Part shown: positions 26,127 through 36,380 of the stretch, piece after piece
Layout of the letters: each line of letters opens with the position of its first letter
How positions within the stretch are numbered: the first letter of the stretch is position 1
Source of the DNA: Candidatus Woesearchaeota archaeon
GTDB taxonomy: Archaea; Nanobdellota; Nanobdellia; SCGC-AAA011-G17; PNOQ01
Reading direction: 5' to 3'
NCBI GenBank assembly: GCA_018663865.1
Contig: JABJPM010000025.1
Location: forward strand, 9,024-73,023
Length of the DNA: 64,000 bases
Notes under the pieces: generated by a model
What the model was told of the DNA's origin: nothing
The model's input: only the letters and a program-made list of their open reading frames with translations
The model's database searches: none
Position numbers and translations under genes: made by a program

Positions 26127-26888
26127 ATGGAAAAAAGAGAAGAGGGAAAGGTAATTATTGAATTAAAAAACGTTTGTAAATATTATCGAATGGGGGATAA
26201 TATTGTAAAAGCAGTTGATAATGTTTCTTTGATGATTAAACGTGGAGATTTTGTAGCAATAATGGGGCCATCAGGTTCAGGAAAATCAACGATGATGAAC
26301 CTAATTGGAAGTTTAGATGTTCCAACAAGGGGAAAAATATTTTTAGACCAGCACGATATTTCCACATTGACAGAATCAGAGCTTGCGCAAATAAGGGGAA
26401 AAAAAATTGGATTCATATTTCAATCTTTCAATCTAATTAATAATTTGACAGCAAAGGAAAATGTAATGATTCCAATGCTATTTCAAAATAATTTAAAAGA
26501 TGAGAAAAATTTTAGGGCAACCAAATTAATGGAGTTGGTAGGTCTAAAAGATAGGATGCATCACACTCCAAATGAGTTATCAGGTGGGCAACAACAAAGA
26601 GTTGCTATTGCCAGGTCATTGGCAAATTCTCCAGAGGTAATACTTGCAGATGAACCAACAGGAAATTTAGATACAAAAACGGGTGCATCGGTAATGGAAT
26701 TTTTAGAAAATTTAAATAAAAAAGGAAAAACAATTATTATGGTTACACACGATCCAGATTTAGCAAAAGATCATGCAGATATAATTTTCTGGTTAAAAGA
26801 TGGAAAAGTAGAAAAGATAACTGGGAAAAAAGATGGATGGAGTAAGTTAGGAAAAGAAAGATTAAAAGAGTTGAAGGAGAATAAGTAG
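26127..26888 (+). CDS. ABC transporter ATP-binding protein, MacB/LolD-like.
   Basis: Walker A GPSGSGKST, signature LSGGQQQRVAIARSL and Walker B ILADEPTGNLD. Confidence 0.9.
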   Translation: MEKREEGKVIIELKNVCKYYRMGDNIVKAVDNVSLMIKRGDFVAIMGPSGSGKSTMMNLIGSLDVPTRGKIFLDQHDISTLTESELAQIRGKKIGFIFQSFNLINNLTAKENVMIPMLFQNNLKDEKNFRATKLMELVGLKDRMHHTPNELSGGQQQRVAIARSLANSPEVILADEPTGNLDTKTGASVMEFLENLNKKGKTIIMVTHDPDLAKDHADIIFWLKDGKVEKITGKKDGWSKLGKERLKELKENK

Positions 26889-28112
26889 ATGATATCTGAT
26901 CTTTTCTCTTTAGCATCTAAAAATATCAAACGCAGAGGTTTGAGATCATGGTTAACATTATTAGGAATTTTTATAGGAGTTACTGCAGTAGTAGCATTAA
27001 TATCATTAGGAAATATTTTGCAATTAGCAGTTTCAAGTCAGTTAGGTTTGGATACTAATGAGTTCATAACAGTCCAGGCTGGAGGCCTGAGTGGATATGG
27101 CCCACCCGGGAGCAATGTTGTAGATCCTCTGCGGGAAGATGATGCAAATGCTATCGAGAGGTTGGGCAGTGCAAAAAATACCATAAAAAGAAATATGGTT
27201 TCTACAAAAATAGAATTTAATGAAATAATTGATTATAAGTATGCTGGGAGTCTCCCAAATAATAAAAAAGATTTAGACTTAGTTTATGCTCAACTTGGTT
27301 TGGATATTTTCGAAGGAAGATTGATGAGCCCTTCAGATTCTGGAAAAATAATTTTAGGATATAATTTTTATAATAAAAAAGAAAATTGGGGCGGAAAACA
27401 AATCACTCCCGGAAAAACAGTTTATGTAAATGATGAAAAATTTCAAGTAATTGGAATATTAACAAAAGAGGGCAGTTTAATCAAGGACAATATGGTTCTA
27501 ATGAATGAAGATGATATGGGTGATATCTTTGATTATGGGGACGAGGTAGATGTAATAGTTGTTGAACCAGAAAACAAAGATAAAATACAAAAAACCAAGG
27601 AAGATATTGAAGAATTACTTAGAAAAAGGAGAGGAGTAAAAAAAGGGGAAGAAGATTTCGAGGTAAGTACTCCAGAAGCAACACTTTCAACAGTTAACAA
27701 TCTTCTAAAAGGGGTCCAAATTTTCATAGCAATAATTGCATTAATTTCAGTATTTATTGGGGCAATTGGAATTGTTAATACTATGACTACTTCTGTATTG
27801 GAAAGAAAAAGAGAGATTGGAGTAATGAAGTCTGTTGGAGCAAAAAATAAACATATATTCTTACAATTTTTTATCGAATCAAGTTTACTGGGATTAGTTG
27901 GGGGTGTAGCAGGGGTATTGTTTGGAACATTAATAGGATTCGCTGGTGCGATAGCAATGAATAATTTTGCAGGGACAGAAGTAACTCCAGAAATAAATTT
28001 AATTTTAATATTATCAGTACTGGCTGGAAGTTTTCTAATTGGGGGAATTGCAGGAATAATCCCCGCATTAAATGCAGCTAAACAAAATCCAGTGGAGGCA
28101 TTAAGGTCATGA
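26889..28112 (+). CDS. ABC transporter permease, FtsX/MacB type with a large extracytoplasmic domain.
   Basis: 407 aa with an N-terminal transmembrane helix, a roughly 230-aa external domain and a C-terminal FtsX 3-transmembrane bundle. The start overlaps the ATPase stop. Confidence 0.8.
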   Translation: MISDLFSLASKNIKRRGLRSWLTLLGIFIGVTAVVALISLGNILQLAVSSQLGLDTNEFITVQAGGLSGYGPPGSNVVDPLREDDANAIERLGSAKNTIKRNMVSTKIEFNEIIDYKYAGSLPNNKKDLDLVYAQLGLDIFEGRLMSPSDSGKIILGYNFYNKKENWGGKQITPGKTVYVNDEKFQVIGILTKEGSLIKDNMVLMNEDDMGDIFDYGDEVDVIVVEPENKDKIQKTKEDIEELLRKRRGVKKGEEDFEVSTPEATLSTVNNLLKGVQIFIAIIALISVFIGAIGIVNTMTTSVLERKREIGVMKSVGAKNKHIFLQFFIESSLLGLVGGVAGVLFGTLIGFAGAIAMNNFAGTEVTPEINLILILSVLAGSFLIGGIAGIIPALNAAKQNPVEALRS

Positions 28113-29314
28113 TAAATAAAGAAAGCATGAATTATTCTCTGAGAAATTTGAATAAAAATAAGGGGAGGAGCCTCCTAACAATTTTTTCAATACTAGTCGG
28201 AATAACAACAATTTTCATATTTATTAGCTTTGGATATGGATTATATGATTATACAAATGAATTAACCTCTGGTTCATCTGCAGACAAAGTATTAATCATA
28301 CCAAAAACCGCAGGAGGATTTGGGGCCCCAGATGAAATAATTTTAAATGAAGATGATGTAGATGAAATTAAAAAATCAACCGATGTATTGGATGCAACTG
28401 GATTATATTATGATGCAGTCTTAGTTAAACAAAATAGTGACCAAAAGTATACATTCATAATTGGATATGATCCAAAAAAAGATTTTGTTATGGAATCTTT
28501 CAATATTGGTGCAGACGAAGGAAGGATGTTGAAATCAGGCGACATGGGGAAAGTTGTTTTGGGCCACAATTATAAAATTAAAAATAAAATTTTCGATAAA
28601 GCTTACGAACTAAATGATAATATAGAATTAAATGGAATCGATTTAAAAGTAGTCGGATTCATGGAAGAAATTGGAAATCCCCAAGATGATTCTCAATTAT
28701 ACATAAGTGATAGCCAATTTGAAGAATTATTCACGGATGTAAACTCCTATGGCCAAATAATTGCGAAAGTGGATATCAGCGAATTAGAGAAGGTCATAAA
28801 AAGTATAGAACATAATTTAAGAAAATCTAGAGATTTAGAAGAAGGAAAAGAAGATTTCTATGTGCAATCATATGATGATCTAATTGAATCATTTACCGGG
28901 GCACTAAATATAATAGTAATATTTATAATTTTCATAGCATTAATTTCAGTAATAGTATCTACGATAAATACTGCAAACACAATGATAACTTCTGTTTTAG
29001 AAAGATACAAGGAAATCGGAGTGTTAAAAGCAATGGGTGCAAAAAACAATAATATTTTTGAAATATTTTTATTTGAAAGTTCACTATTGGGCACAATTGC
29101 AGGAGTATTTGGAGTAATCTTCGGATGGGCAATTTCTTATACATTCGGAGTTATATTGGATAACATGGGGTGGGGATTTTTAAGTCCACATTTTTCAATA
29201 TATTTATTTGGAGGGCTGATATTATTCTCGGGTATAACTGGGGCGATCTCGGGTGTTTTTCCTGCAATCCAAGCAGCAAAAACAAATCCAGTAGATGCAT
29301 TGCGAACGGAATAG
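28109..29314 (+). CDS. ABC transporter permease, FtsX/MacB type, the second paralog.
   Basis: 401 aa with the same architecture. It overlaps the previous gene by 4 nt. Confidence 0.8.
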   Translation: MINKESMNYSLRNLNKNKGRSLLTIFSILVGITTIFIFISFGYGLYDYTNELTSGSSADKVLIIPKTAGGFGAPDEIILNEDDVDEIKKSTDVLDATGLYYDAVLVKQNSDQKYTFIIGYDPKKDFVMESFNIGADEGRMLKSGDMGKVVLGHNYKIKNKIFDKAYELNDNIELNGIDLKVVGFMEEIGNPQDDSQLYISDSQFEELFTDVNSYGQIIAKVDISELEKVIKSIEHNLRKSRDLEEGKEDFYVQSYDDLIESFTGALNIIVIFIIFIALISVIVSTINTANTMITSVLERYKEIGVLKAMGAKNNNIFEIFLFESSLLGTIAGVFGVIFGWAISYTFGVILDNMGWGFLSPHFSIYLFGGLILFSGITGAISGVFPAIQAAKTNPVDALRTE

Positions 29315-29355
29315 GTAAAGTTTATATAGTAAAAATGCAACAAAATACATAAAAG

Positions 29356-30237
29356 ATGGTGAATAAAAAAATAATAATAAGTTTATTAATTTTAGTAATC
29401 TTGCCAATGTTATCGGTAGATGCAAAGGCAGAGTGCAATATCAATTCAAATTTAATTTACCAGGATCCTCATCCAGCTTTGCCAGGAGATTATGTTGAAG
29501 TATTGTTTCAAATTTCCGGGGTAAGTAGTGGGTGCGAAGATGGCGCATCAATAGATTTAATTTATGATTATCCATTTTCATTAGATGGAAAATCAAGTAA
29601 AAAGAATTTGAATGCAAATACCTATGTTGGGTATAATTATGGATCAAATTGGAACGTAGTATATAATTTAAGAATTGATGAAAATGCAATTAAGGGAGAC
29701 TACGAATTAGAATTAAGGTATAAGGAAGGAGCAAATGCAAGTTGGAATAATTACGGATTTGATAATTTCAATATAACCATTGAAGATGGGAGAACTGATT
29801 TCGAAATCCACATACAAGATCATAATATTTTAGAAAGGAATATTGTTTTTGAAGTTCTAAATATTGGGGATCAAGATATAGAGGCTCTAACTTTAGAGAT
29901 TCCTAAACAAGAAAATATAGAAATAAAGGGTTCAAATAGAAACATCGTTGGTGACTTGGATTCAAATGAATATACTACTGCAGATTTTGAGGCAATTCCC
30001 GCAGATGGAGAAATTTTAGTAAGATTATATTATACTGATTCTACAAATGAAAGAAGAATGATAACAAAAACTGTTGTATACGATTCGACTTATTTTCTAG
30101 GTGCATTAGAAAATGTAGCGGAAGATAAAACTTTAACATACTTTATTATTGCAGCTGTAATGTTGGGAATAGGATTAATTTTCTTAAGGAAACGCAAATT
30201 AAAAAATCATAAAAAAAGAAAAAAATTCGAAATTTAA
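29356..30237 (+). CDS. Secreted surface protein with a C-terminal transmembrane anchor and polybasic tail.
   Basis: 293 aa with a signal peptide (MVNKKIIISLLILVILPMLSVDAKA) and a C-terminus ...YFIIAAVMLGIGLIFLRKRKLKNHKKRKKFEI. Confidence 0.55.
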   Translation: MVNKKIIISLLILVILPMLSVDAKAECNINSNLIYQDPHPALPGDYVEVLFQISGVSSGCEDGASIDLIYDYPFSLDGKSSKKNLNANTYVGYNYGSNWNVVYNLRIDENAIKGDYELELRYKEGANASWNNYGFDNFNITIEDGRTDFEIHIQDHNILERNIVFEVLNIGDQDIEALTLEIPKQENIEIKGSNRNIVGDLDSNEYTTADFEAIPADGEILVRLYYTDSTNERRMITKTVVYDSTYFLGALENVAEDKTLTYFIIAAVMLGIGLIFLRKRKLKNHKKRKKFEI

Positions 30238-30282
30238 TTTCTAATATCAATTTATTATCTTCTAACTATTATGGGAATTATA

Positions 30283-30354
30283 AGCGCACGCCCGGACTCG
30301 AACCGGGGATCAGAGGGTTGCAGCCTCTTGCCTTAGCCGCTTGGCTACGCACGC
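30283..30354 (-). tRNA. tRNA-Cys (anticodon GCA).
   Basis: Manual fold of the minus strand. The anticodon stem is AGAGG/CCTCT with loop CTGCAAC (GCA), the T-loop is TTCGAGT, and the discriminator is U. The acceptor stem has two G-U pairs. Confidence 0.75.
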
Positions 30355-30404
30355 ATATAAATAGCAAACAATATTCACTTATAAAAATATCGAAAAATAA
30401 TGAG

Positions 30405-30480
30405 CGGGCGCGAAGGGATTTGAACCCTCGACCCCTAGCTTAGAAGGCTAGTGCTCTAATCCAAGCTGAGCTACGCACCC
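30405..30480 (-). tRNA. tRNA-Arg (anticodon UCU).
   Basis: Manual fold. The acceptor stem is GGGTGCG/CGCGCCC, the D-arm is GCTC...GAGC, the anticodon stem is CTAGC/GCTAG with loop CTTCTAA (UCU), the T-loop is TTCAAAT, and the discriminator is G. Confidence 0.8.
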
Positions 30481-30505
30481 GTTAACAATTTAAGAGCACT
30501 TATTT

Positions 30506-30519
30506 CATTTATAAACATT
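30506..30519. promoter_or_regulatory. TATA-box element (CATTTATAAACATT) placed to serve the divergent tRNA-Arg(UCU) gene and leuS.
   Basis: The palindromic TTTATAAA core is centred about 31 nt upstream of the tRNA-Arg 5' end on the minus strand and about 50 nt upstream of the leuS ATG. Confidence 0.45.
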
Positions 30520-30565
30520 ACCCCTAAACCAAAATTATATAAATATACTATGGGACAAAAATGTT

Positions 30566-33193
30566 ATGGTTAACTTCAATGCGATAGAACAGAAATGGCA
30601 GAATAGATGGGAAGAAGAAAAAGCATTTGAAGTAAAAGAAACCAAAAAGAAAAAATTCTACGCATTAGAGATGTTCCCCTATCCATCCGGAACAGGATTG
30701 CACATAGGGCACGCATTCAACTTTACAATAACAGACATAATTTCAAGATTTAAACGATTAAATGGATTTAATGTTCTTTATCCAGTGGGCTATGATTCGT
30801 TTGGATTGCCGGCAGAAAATGCAGCAATAAAAGCAAAAAAACATCCAAAAGAATATACTGAAGCAGCAATAAAAAATTTCATAAAACAACAAAAAAAATT
30901 AGGATTTTCTTATGATTGGTCAAGATTAGTTTCAACCTCCAGCCCAGATTATTACAAGTGGGATCAATGGATATTTTTAGAGATGTATAAGAAAGGTTTA
31001 GCGTACAAAAAAAATGCACCTGTTAATTGGTGTTCAAAATGCAATACAGTTTTAGCAAATGAGCAAGTTCATGATGGGAAATGTTGGAGACATGAAACTA
31101 CCGATGTAGAAGTTAAAAATCTTAATCAATGGTTTCTAAAAACAACTGCCTATGCAGATGAGTTATATGAGGGGATAAAAGATCTAAAAGGTTGGCCAGA
31201 AGATATTAAAAAATTACAAAAGAATTGGATTGGGAAATCAAATGGAACAGAGATAAATTTTGAAATCGAAACTCCGCCTCACAAGGAAGGCACAATAGGT
31301 CCTACAACTACGTTGTACAATGTTTTTACAACTCGCCCAGATACACTATATGGCGTAACATTTTTAGTAATTTCTGCACAACATCCAAAGTTAATGGAGT
31401 TAGTAACCTCGGAACAAGAGAATAAAGTTAAAAAATTTACAAAAAAATTAAATTCAGTATCTGCAGAAGATATAGATAAATTGGAGAAAGAGGGAGTATT
31501 TACCGGGAGCTATGCAATTCATCCATTAACAAATAAAAAGATTCCAGTTTATGCTGGGAATTTCGTTTTGGCATCCTATGGTTCCGGAATGGTTATGGCT
31601 GTACCTGCACATGATCAGAGAGATTACGAGTTCGCAAAAAAGTATAATATTCCAATAAAGGTAGTAATTTCCCCAGAAAATAAAACATTAAATGAAGAAG
31701 ATATGACCAAAGCATACCAAGAAAGAGGAATACTAGTAAATTCCGAACAATTTAATAAATTACATTCAGAAAAAGCAAAAGAAAAAATAACAAAATATTT
31801 AGAAAAGCAAAAGAAAGGTAAAAAAACAGTAAATTTCAGATTGAAAGATTGGCTGATTTCGAGACAAAGATTCTGGGGAACCCCTATTCCAATAATACAT
31901 TGTGAAAAGTGCGGGGAAGTTCCAGATGAAAATCTCCCAGTAACTTTGCCAGAGAATATAATTCTAAAGGCTGGAAAAAATCCATTGGAAACATGCGATG
32001 ATTTCGTAAATGTAAAATGTCCAAAATGTAATGGTAATGCAAAACGAGAAACAGATACTATGGACACCTTCACAAATTCATCTTGGTATTATTTGAGATA
32101 TGCAGATTCAACAAATGAAAAACAAATTTTCGATAAAAAGAAAATAAAATACTGGTGCCCCGTGGATTTCTATATCGGTGGAAGGGAGCATGCATGCATG
32201 CATTTGATATATATACGGTTCTATACCAAATTTTTAAGAGATTTGAAATTATTAAATTTTGATGAACCATCAATAAATCAATTCAATCAAGGGATGGTGC
32301 ATGCAGAAGATGGACGGAAAATGTCAAAGTCATATGGGAATGCAATAGATCCCTTAACAGTTATCAAAGGATCTAGTGCAGACGCATTGAGGTTATTCTT
32401 AGTATCTGTTGCTAACCCAGATAAAGATTTTAGCTGGAATACAAGGGGATTGGAAAGTAATCACAGATTCATTTCAAAAATTTATGATCAATTTAATGAT
32501 TTGAAAATAGGGGAATCTTCAAAAAAAACAGAACATAGGATAAATAATGCAATAAAAAAAGTAACGAAATACATTGAAGAAATAAAATACAATTTAGCTA
32601 TAATCGAGATAAAAAATTTATTCAACACATTAGAAAATGAAATTTCAAAAAAAGATTATGAGTCTGCAATAAAATTATTATCTCCATTCTGCCCACACAT
32701 TGCAGAAGAGATATGGGAGAAAATGGGAAATAAGGAACTACTTTCTACAAATGTATGGCCCAAATATGAAGAAAATAAAATAAATATCGAATTAGATGCA
32801 GAAGATGAATTAATATTCAATACAATAAAAGATATACAAAATATTTCCAAATTTATAAAATCAAAACCAAAAAAAGTAATAATTTCAGTATCTGAAGAAT
32901 GGAAATATAAAACAATCAAAAGAATAAAAAAAGAAATGGAAACCGATTTCGAAATTTCACGAATAATGAAGAAAGTGATGGATAAGGATCATGCAAAAGA
33001 GATTTCAAAATTAGTTCCGCAGTTTATTAAAAATCCAAAAAAACTTCCAGAAATATTACTTTCTCAAGAAATAGAATTAAAAGTATTACAAAAGAACATA
33101 TCCGAATTTAAAGATAAATTTGATTTAGAAATTGAAATAAAATCAAATGATCCAAAAGCAATGCCTGGAAAACCGGCAATATTATTCGAATAA
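30566..33193 (+). CDS. leuS: Leucyl-tRNA synthetase, archaeal/eukaryotic type.
   Basis: MFPYPSGTGLHIGHAFNF (HIGH) and KMSKSYGN (KMSKS) motifs are present, with a CP1 editing insertion. 875 aa. Confidence 0.9.
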   Translation: MVNFNAIEQKWQNRWEEEKAFEVKETKKKKFYALEMFPYPSGTGLHIGHAFNFTITDIISRFKRLNGFNVLYPVGYDSFGLPAENAAIKAKKHPKEYTEAAIKNFIKQQKKLGFSYDWSRLVSTSSPDYYKWDQWIFLEMYKKGLAYKKNAPVNWCSKCNTVLANEQVHDGKCWRHETTDVEVKNLNQWFLKTTAYADELYEGIKDLKGWPEDIKKLQKNWIGKSNGTEINFEIETPPHKEGTIGPTTTLYNVFTTRPDTLYGVTFLVISAQHPKLMELVTSEQENKVKKFTKKLNSVSAEDIDKLEKEGVFTGSYAIHPLTNKKIPVYAGNFVLASYGSGMVMAVPAHDQRDYEFAKKYNIPIKVVISPENKTLNEEDMTKAYQERGILVNSEQFNKLHSEKAKEKITKYLEKQKKGKKTVNFRLKDWLISRQRFWGTPIPIIHCEKCGEVPDENLPVTLPENIILKAGKNPLETCDDFVNVKCPKCNGNAKRETDTMDTFTNSSWYYLRYADSTNEKQIFDKKKIKYWCPVDFYIGGREHACMHLIYIRFYTKFLRDLKLLNFDEPSINQFNQGMVHAEDGRKMSKSYGNAIDPLTVIKGSSADALRLFLVSVANPDKDFSWNTRGLESNHRFISKIYDQFNDLKIGESSKKTEHRINNAIKKVTKYIEEIKYNLAIIEIKNLFNTLENEISKKDYESAIKLLSPFCPHIAEEIWEKMGNKELLSTNVWPKYEENKINIELDAEDELIFNTIKDIQNISKFIKSKPKKVIISVSEEWKYKTIKRIKKEMETDFEISRIMKKVMDKDHAKEISKLVPQFIKNPKKLPEILLSQEIELKVLQKNISEFKDKFDLEIEIKSNDPKAMPGKPAILFE

Positions 33194-34576
33194 TTAATTT
33201 AATTTAACCACTTGATTCAATTTAGGAATAAAAGACTTAAATCCTTTTTTATCTATTTTTTCTTTGAATGCAATTGCTGAAGTTTCTTCACCATGCGCAA
33301 TAAATACTTCAATCGGTTTTTTCTTAAATCCCAATAACCATTTAATTAATTCGCGATAATCAGCATGTGCAGAAAAACTGTTTATTTTAACAATTTTAGC
33401 TTTAACTACAGTTTCAGTACCAAGCATCCTAACTTTTTTTGCACCCTCTAGGATATGCCTTCCCAATGTTCCTTCTGCCTGATACCCCACAAATAATACT
33501 GTATTCTTAGGATCCCATAAACCATGTTTAAAGTGATGTTTTATTCTTCCACCAGTGCACATCCCACTTCCAGCAATAATGACTGCGGGCTCACGATAAT
33601 TGTTTAGCATCATAGATTCATTAGCTTTTTGAGTAAATTTTAATCCTTCAAAATTGAATGGTTCTGGCAATTCCTTCTTAATTTCTTCATCATACACTTC
33701 ATGGTGTTTATTAAAAACTTTAGTAGCCCGTATTGCAAGTGGACTATCTAGGAATACTTTTTCCTTTGGCATTTTGCCTTCCTTAGAAAGTTTGTGCATT
33801 GCAAATAATAATTCTTGCGTTCGTTCAATAGCAAAAGAGGGAATAAGTAATTTTCCTCCACGTTTATACGTGTCAGATATATGTTTCAATAATAATTCTT
33901 TGCTTTTTCCCTTGTCTTTATGAATTCGATCACCATACGTAGATTCAATGAAAACATAATCTGCTTCAGAAATTAATGTCGGATCTTTAACGATTGGGAT
34001 ATTCCATTGACCAAGATCTCCAGAGAATACTAGTTTTTTCTCTTTTCCACCATCATTAATAAACATTTCAATTATTGCTGCCCCAACAATATGCCCCGCA
34101 TCCCGATATCGAACTTTAACTTGATCATCAACAGTATACATTTTACCATATTTTATATTTCTAAAATGTTTAATGGAATGTTTTGCATCCTCAACAGTAT
34201 AAAGTGGTTTTCTTGCGGGCAAACCTTGTCTTAATCTCATCCGATTTTCTCGTTCAGTATCTGATTCTTGAATTCCTGCACTATCTACAAACATAATCTT
34301 ACATAAATCTGTAGTTGCAGAAGTAGTTAAAATTCTACCTCTAAATCCCTGTGAAACCAATTTCGGAATTAATCCAGAATGATCTATGTGCGCATGGGTT
34401 AAAAACAAATAATCTATTTTTTTAGGATCAAAAGCAAATTTTTCATAATTAAGTTTGGTAATTTCTTTTTTACCTTGAAACATTCCACAATCAACTAAGT
34501 ATTGTTTACCTTTTATTTCCAGGTGATAACAAGATCCAGTAACAATTCGGGCAGCGCCACAAAATTTAACTTTCAT
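33194..34576 (-). CDS. Beta-CASP family metallo-beta-lactamase ribonuclease (archaeal RNase J-like).
   Basis: LFLTHAHIDHSG (HxHxDH) is present, followed by beta-CASP motifs. 460 aa with no KH domains, so it is RNase-J-like rather than aCPSF1-like. Confidence 0.75.
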   Translation of the reverse strand: MKVKFCGAARIVTGSCYHLEIKGKQYLVDCGMFQGKKEITKLNYEKFAFDPKKIDYLFLTHAHIDHSGLIPKLVSQGFRGRILTTSATTDLCKIMFVDSAGIQESDTERENRMRLRQGLPARKPLYTVEDAKHSIKHFRNIKYGKMYTVDDQVKVRYRDAGHIVGAAIIEMFINDGGKEKKLVFSGDLGQWNIPIVKDPTLISEADYVFIESTYGDRIHKDKGKSKELLLKHISDTYKRGGKLLIPSFAIERTQELLFAMHKLSKEGKMPKEKVFLDSPLAIRATKVFNKHHEVYDEEIKKELPEPFNFEGLKFTQKANESMMLNNYREPAVIIAGSGMCTGGRIKHHFKHGLWDPKNTVLFVGYQAEGTLGRHILEGAKKVRMLGTETVVKAKIVKINSFSAHADYRELIKWLLGFKKKPIEVFIAHGEETSAIAFKEKIDKKGFKSFIPKLNQVVKLN

Positions 34577-34606
34577 ATCATAATTTCAGTTTCAAGGTTT
34601 AAATAG

Positions 34607-36346
34607 TTATCCCTCCAAAATAGCTTTAATTCTTCTCACACCAGCACCAACAGATTTCTGTTTTACAATTTTAAAAGTTCCAAGTTTTGAAGCATTTGAA
34701 ACATGTGGGCCAGAACAGATTTCTTTTGAAAATTTCCCAATTGAATAAACAAAAACAGTTTCACCATATTTGTGGGAGAATTCCCCAAGTGCACCAGATT
34801 TTTTAGCTTTATCCACGTTCATTTCCTCTTTTGAAACTTTAACTTTATCCTTGATTTGTTTATTAACCATATCTTCAACTTTTCTAACTTCATTTTCTTC
34901 TAATTTTCTGTCAAAACTAAAATCAAATCTTAATCTCTCTGGATTGATATTTGATCCTTTTTGTTTACAATCATCCCCTAAAACTTTAATCAATGCAGAA
35001 TGCAATAAGTGGGCAGCAGTATGCAATTTAATTGTCTCTTCAGATTGATCTGCTAATCCAGATGCAAACTTCCCCTTTGTCGCAGTTCGCGAAAGTTTTT
35101 GGTGAGTTATAAATTCAGATTTATATCCTTTCAAATCAACTTTCATCCCTTTTTCAGATGCCAATTCTTGAGTCATCTCAATTGGGAAACCATATGATTG
35201 AAATAATAAAAAAGCTTCAGTACCAGAAACTTTTTCCCCAGAAATTTTCCCAAAAACACTCATTCCTTTTTTCAAGGTACGTTCAAATTTTCTCTCTTCT
35301 TTATCGATCTCAGTAATTATAAATAAACTATTTTTTTTTAAGTGACTATACTCCTCACTGTAATTATCAATTATAGTTTTTGCAATTTTTGAAACAAATC
35401 TATCTTCAATTCCCAATAATTTTCCCCTTCTTATTGCCAGTCTAATCAATTTTCGCAACACATATCCTTGCTCGATATTTGAGGGGGCAATTTTTTCAGC
35501 TAATAAAAATGTGGCAGAACGCAAATGATCTGCAATAATTCGTAAAGATTTTTCATCTTCAGAACTAGATAACTCAAGTATTTTTTCAATTATTGGGGTA
35601 AACAATGAGCTTTCATAAATATTCTCTACGCCTTCCAAAATAGAAAAAACTCTTTCATACCCCATGCCGGTATCAACATTTTTCTGTTTAAGTGGTTTAT
35701 ATTTCCCAGATGAATCTTTATCATATTCCATGAACACATCATTCCAAATTTCAACCCACCCAGAATTAGAGGGATCAAATTTTTCAGGAACATCCTCTGG
35801 TGAACTCCAGTAAAACATTTCACTGTCTGGTCCGCAAGGTCCAGTTTTTCCTGCTGGTCCCCACCAGTTATCCTTTTTTCCGAGACGAGCAATTCTTTCA
35901 GAAGAGATTCCAAGAGATTCCCATATTTTTTCACTTTCTTCATCTGCCGGAGCATCTTTATCTCCTCCGAACACACTGACACCCAATTTTTCAATTGGAA
36001 ACCCAAGATATTTCTTAGAGGTCAAAAATTCAAAACTCATTTCAATAGCTTCTTTTTTCCAATAATCTCCAAAACTCCAATTTCCAAGCATATTAAAAAA
36101 AGTTAAATGAAATTCATCTCCAACTTCCTCAATATCTCCAGTACGGAGACATTTCTGAATATTGACTAATTTTTTCCCAGAAGGATTCGGTTGCCCAAGT
36201 AAGAAAGGAACTAATGGGTGCATGCCTGCAGTAGTAAATAGGACAGTAGGATCATTGTATGGAATTAATGGTGAATCAACGATCTCTTTGTGGCCATTAT
36301 TAATAAAAAATTCAATGTATTTTTTCTTTAAATTTTTTGATTTCAT
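34607..36346 (-). CDS. alaS: Alanyl-tRNA synthetase, a shortened form lacking the C-Ala domain.
   Basis: The class II core FTTAGMHPLVPFLLG...QKCLRTGDIEEVG...HLTFFNMLGNWSFGDYWK is present, together with the editing-domain HTAAHLLHSAL motif. 579 aa. Confidence 0.85.
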   Translation of the reverse strand: MKSKNLKKKYIEFFINNGHKEIVDSPLIPYNDPTVLFTTAGMHPLVPFLLGQPNPSGKKLVNIQKCLRTGDIEEVGDEFHLTFFNMLGNWSFGDYWKKEAIEMSFEFLTSKKYLGFPIEKLGVSVFGGDKDAPADEESEKIWESLGISSERIARLGKKDNWWGPAGKTGPCGPDSEMFYWSSPEDVPEKFDPSNSGWVEIWNDVFMEYDKDSSGKYKPLKQKNVDTGMGYERVFSILEGVENIYESSLFTPIIEKILELSSSEDEKSLRIIADHLRSATFLLAEKIAPSNIEQGYVLRKLIRLAIRRGKLLGIEDRFVSKIAKTIIDNYSEEYSHLKKNSLFIITEIDKEERKFERTLKKGMSVFGKISGEKVSGTEAFLLFQSYGFPIEMTQELASEKGMKVDLKGYKSEFITHQKLSRTATKGKFASGLADQSEETIKLHTAAHLLHSALIKVLGDDCKQKGSNINPERLRFDFSFDRKLEENEVRKVEDMVNKQIKDKVKVSKEEMNVDKAKKSGALGEFSHKYGETVFVYSIGKFSKEICSGPHVSNASKLGTFKIVKQKSVGAGVRRIKAILEG

Positions 36347-36380
36347 AAAAATAAAAAAGAAGGATTATTTAAAAAATTAT

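Noticed and set aside
31624-32919. Minus-strand ORFs inside leuS (149, 67 and 87 aa).
   Set aside because: They are antisense to an unambiguous LeuRS gene with HIGH and KMSKS motifs.
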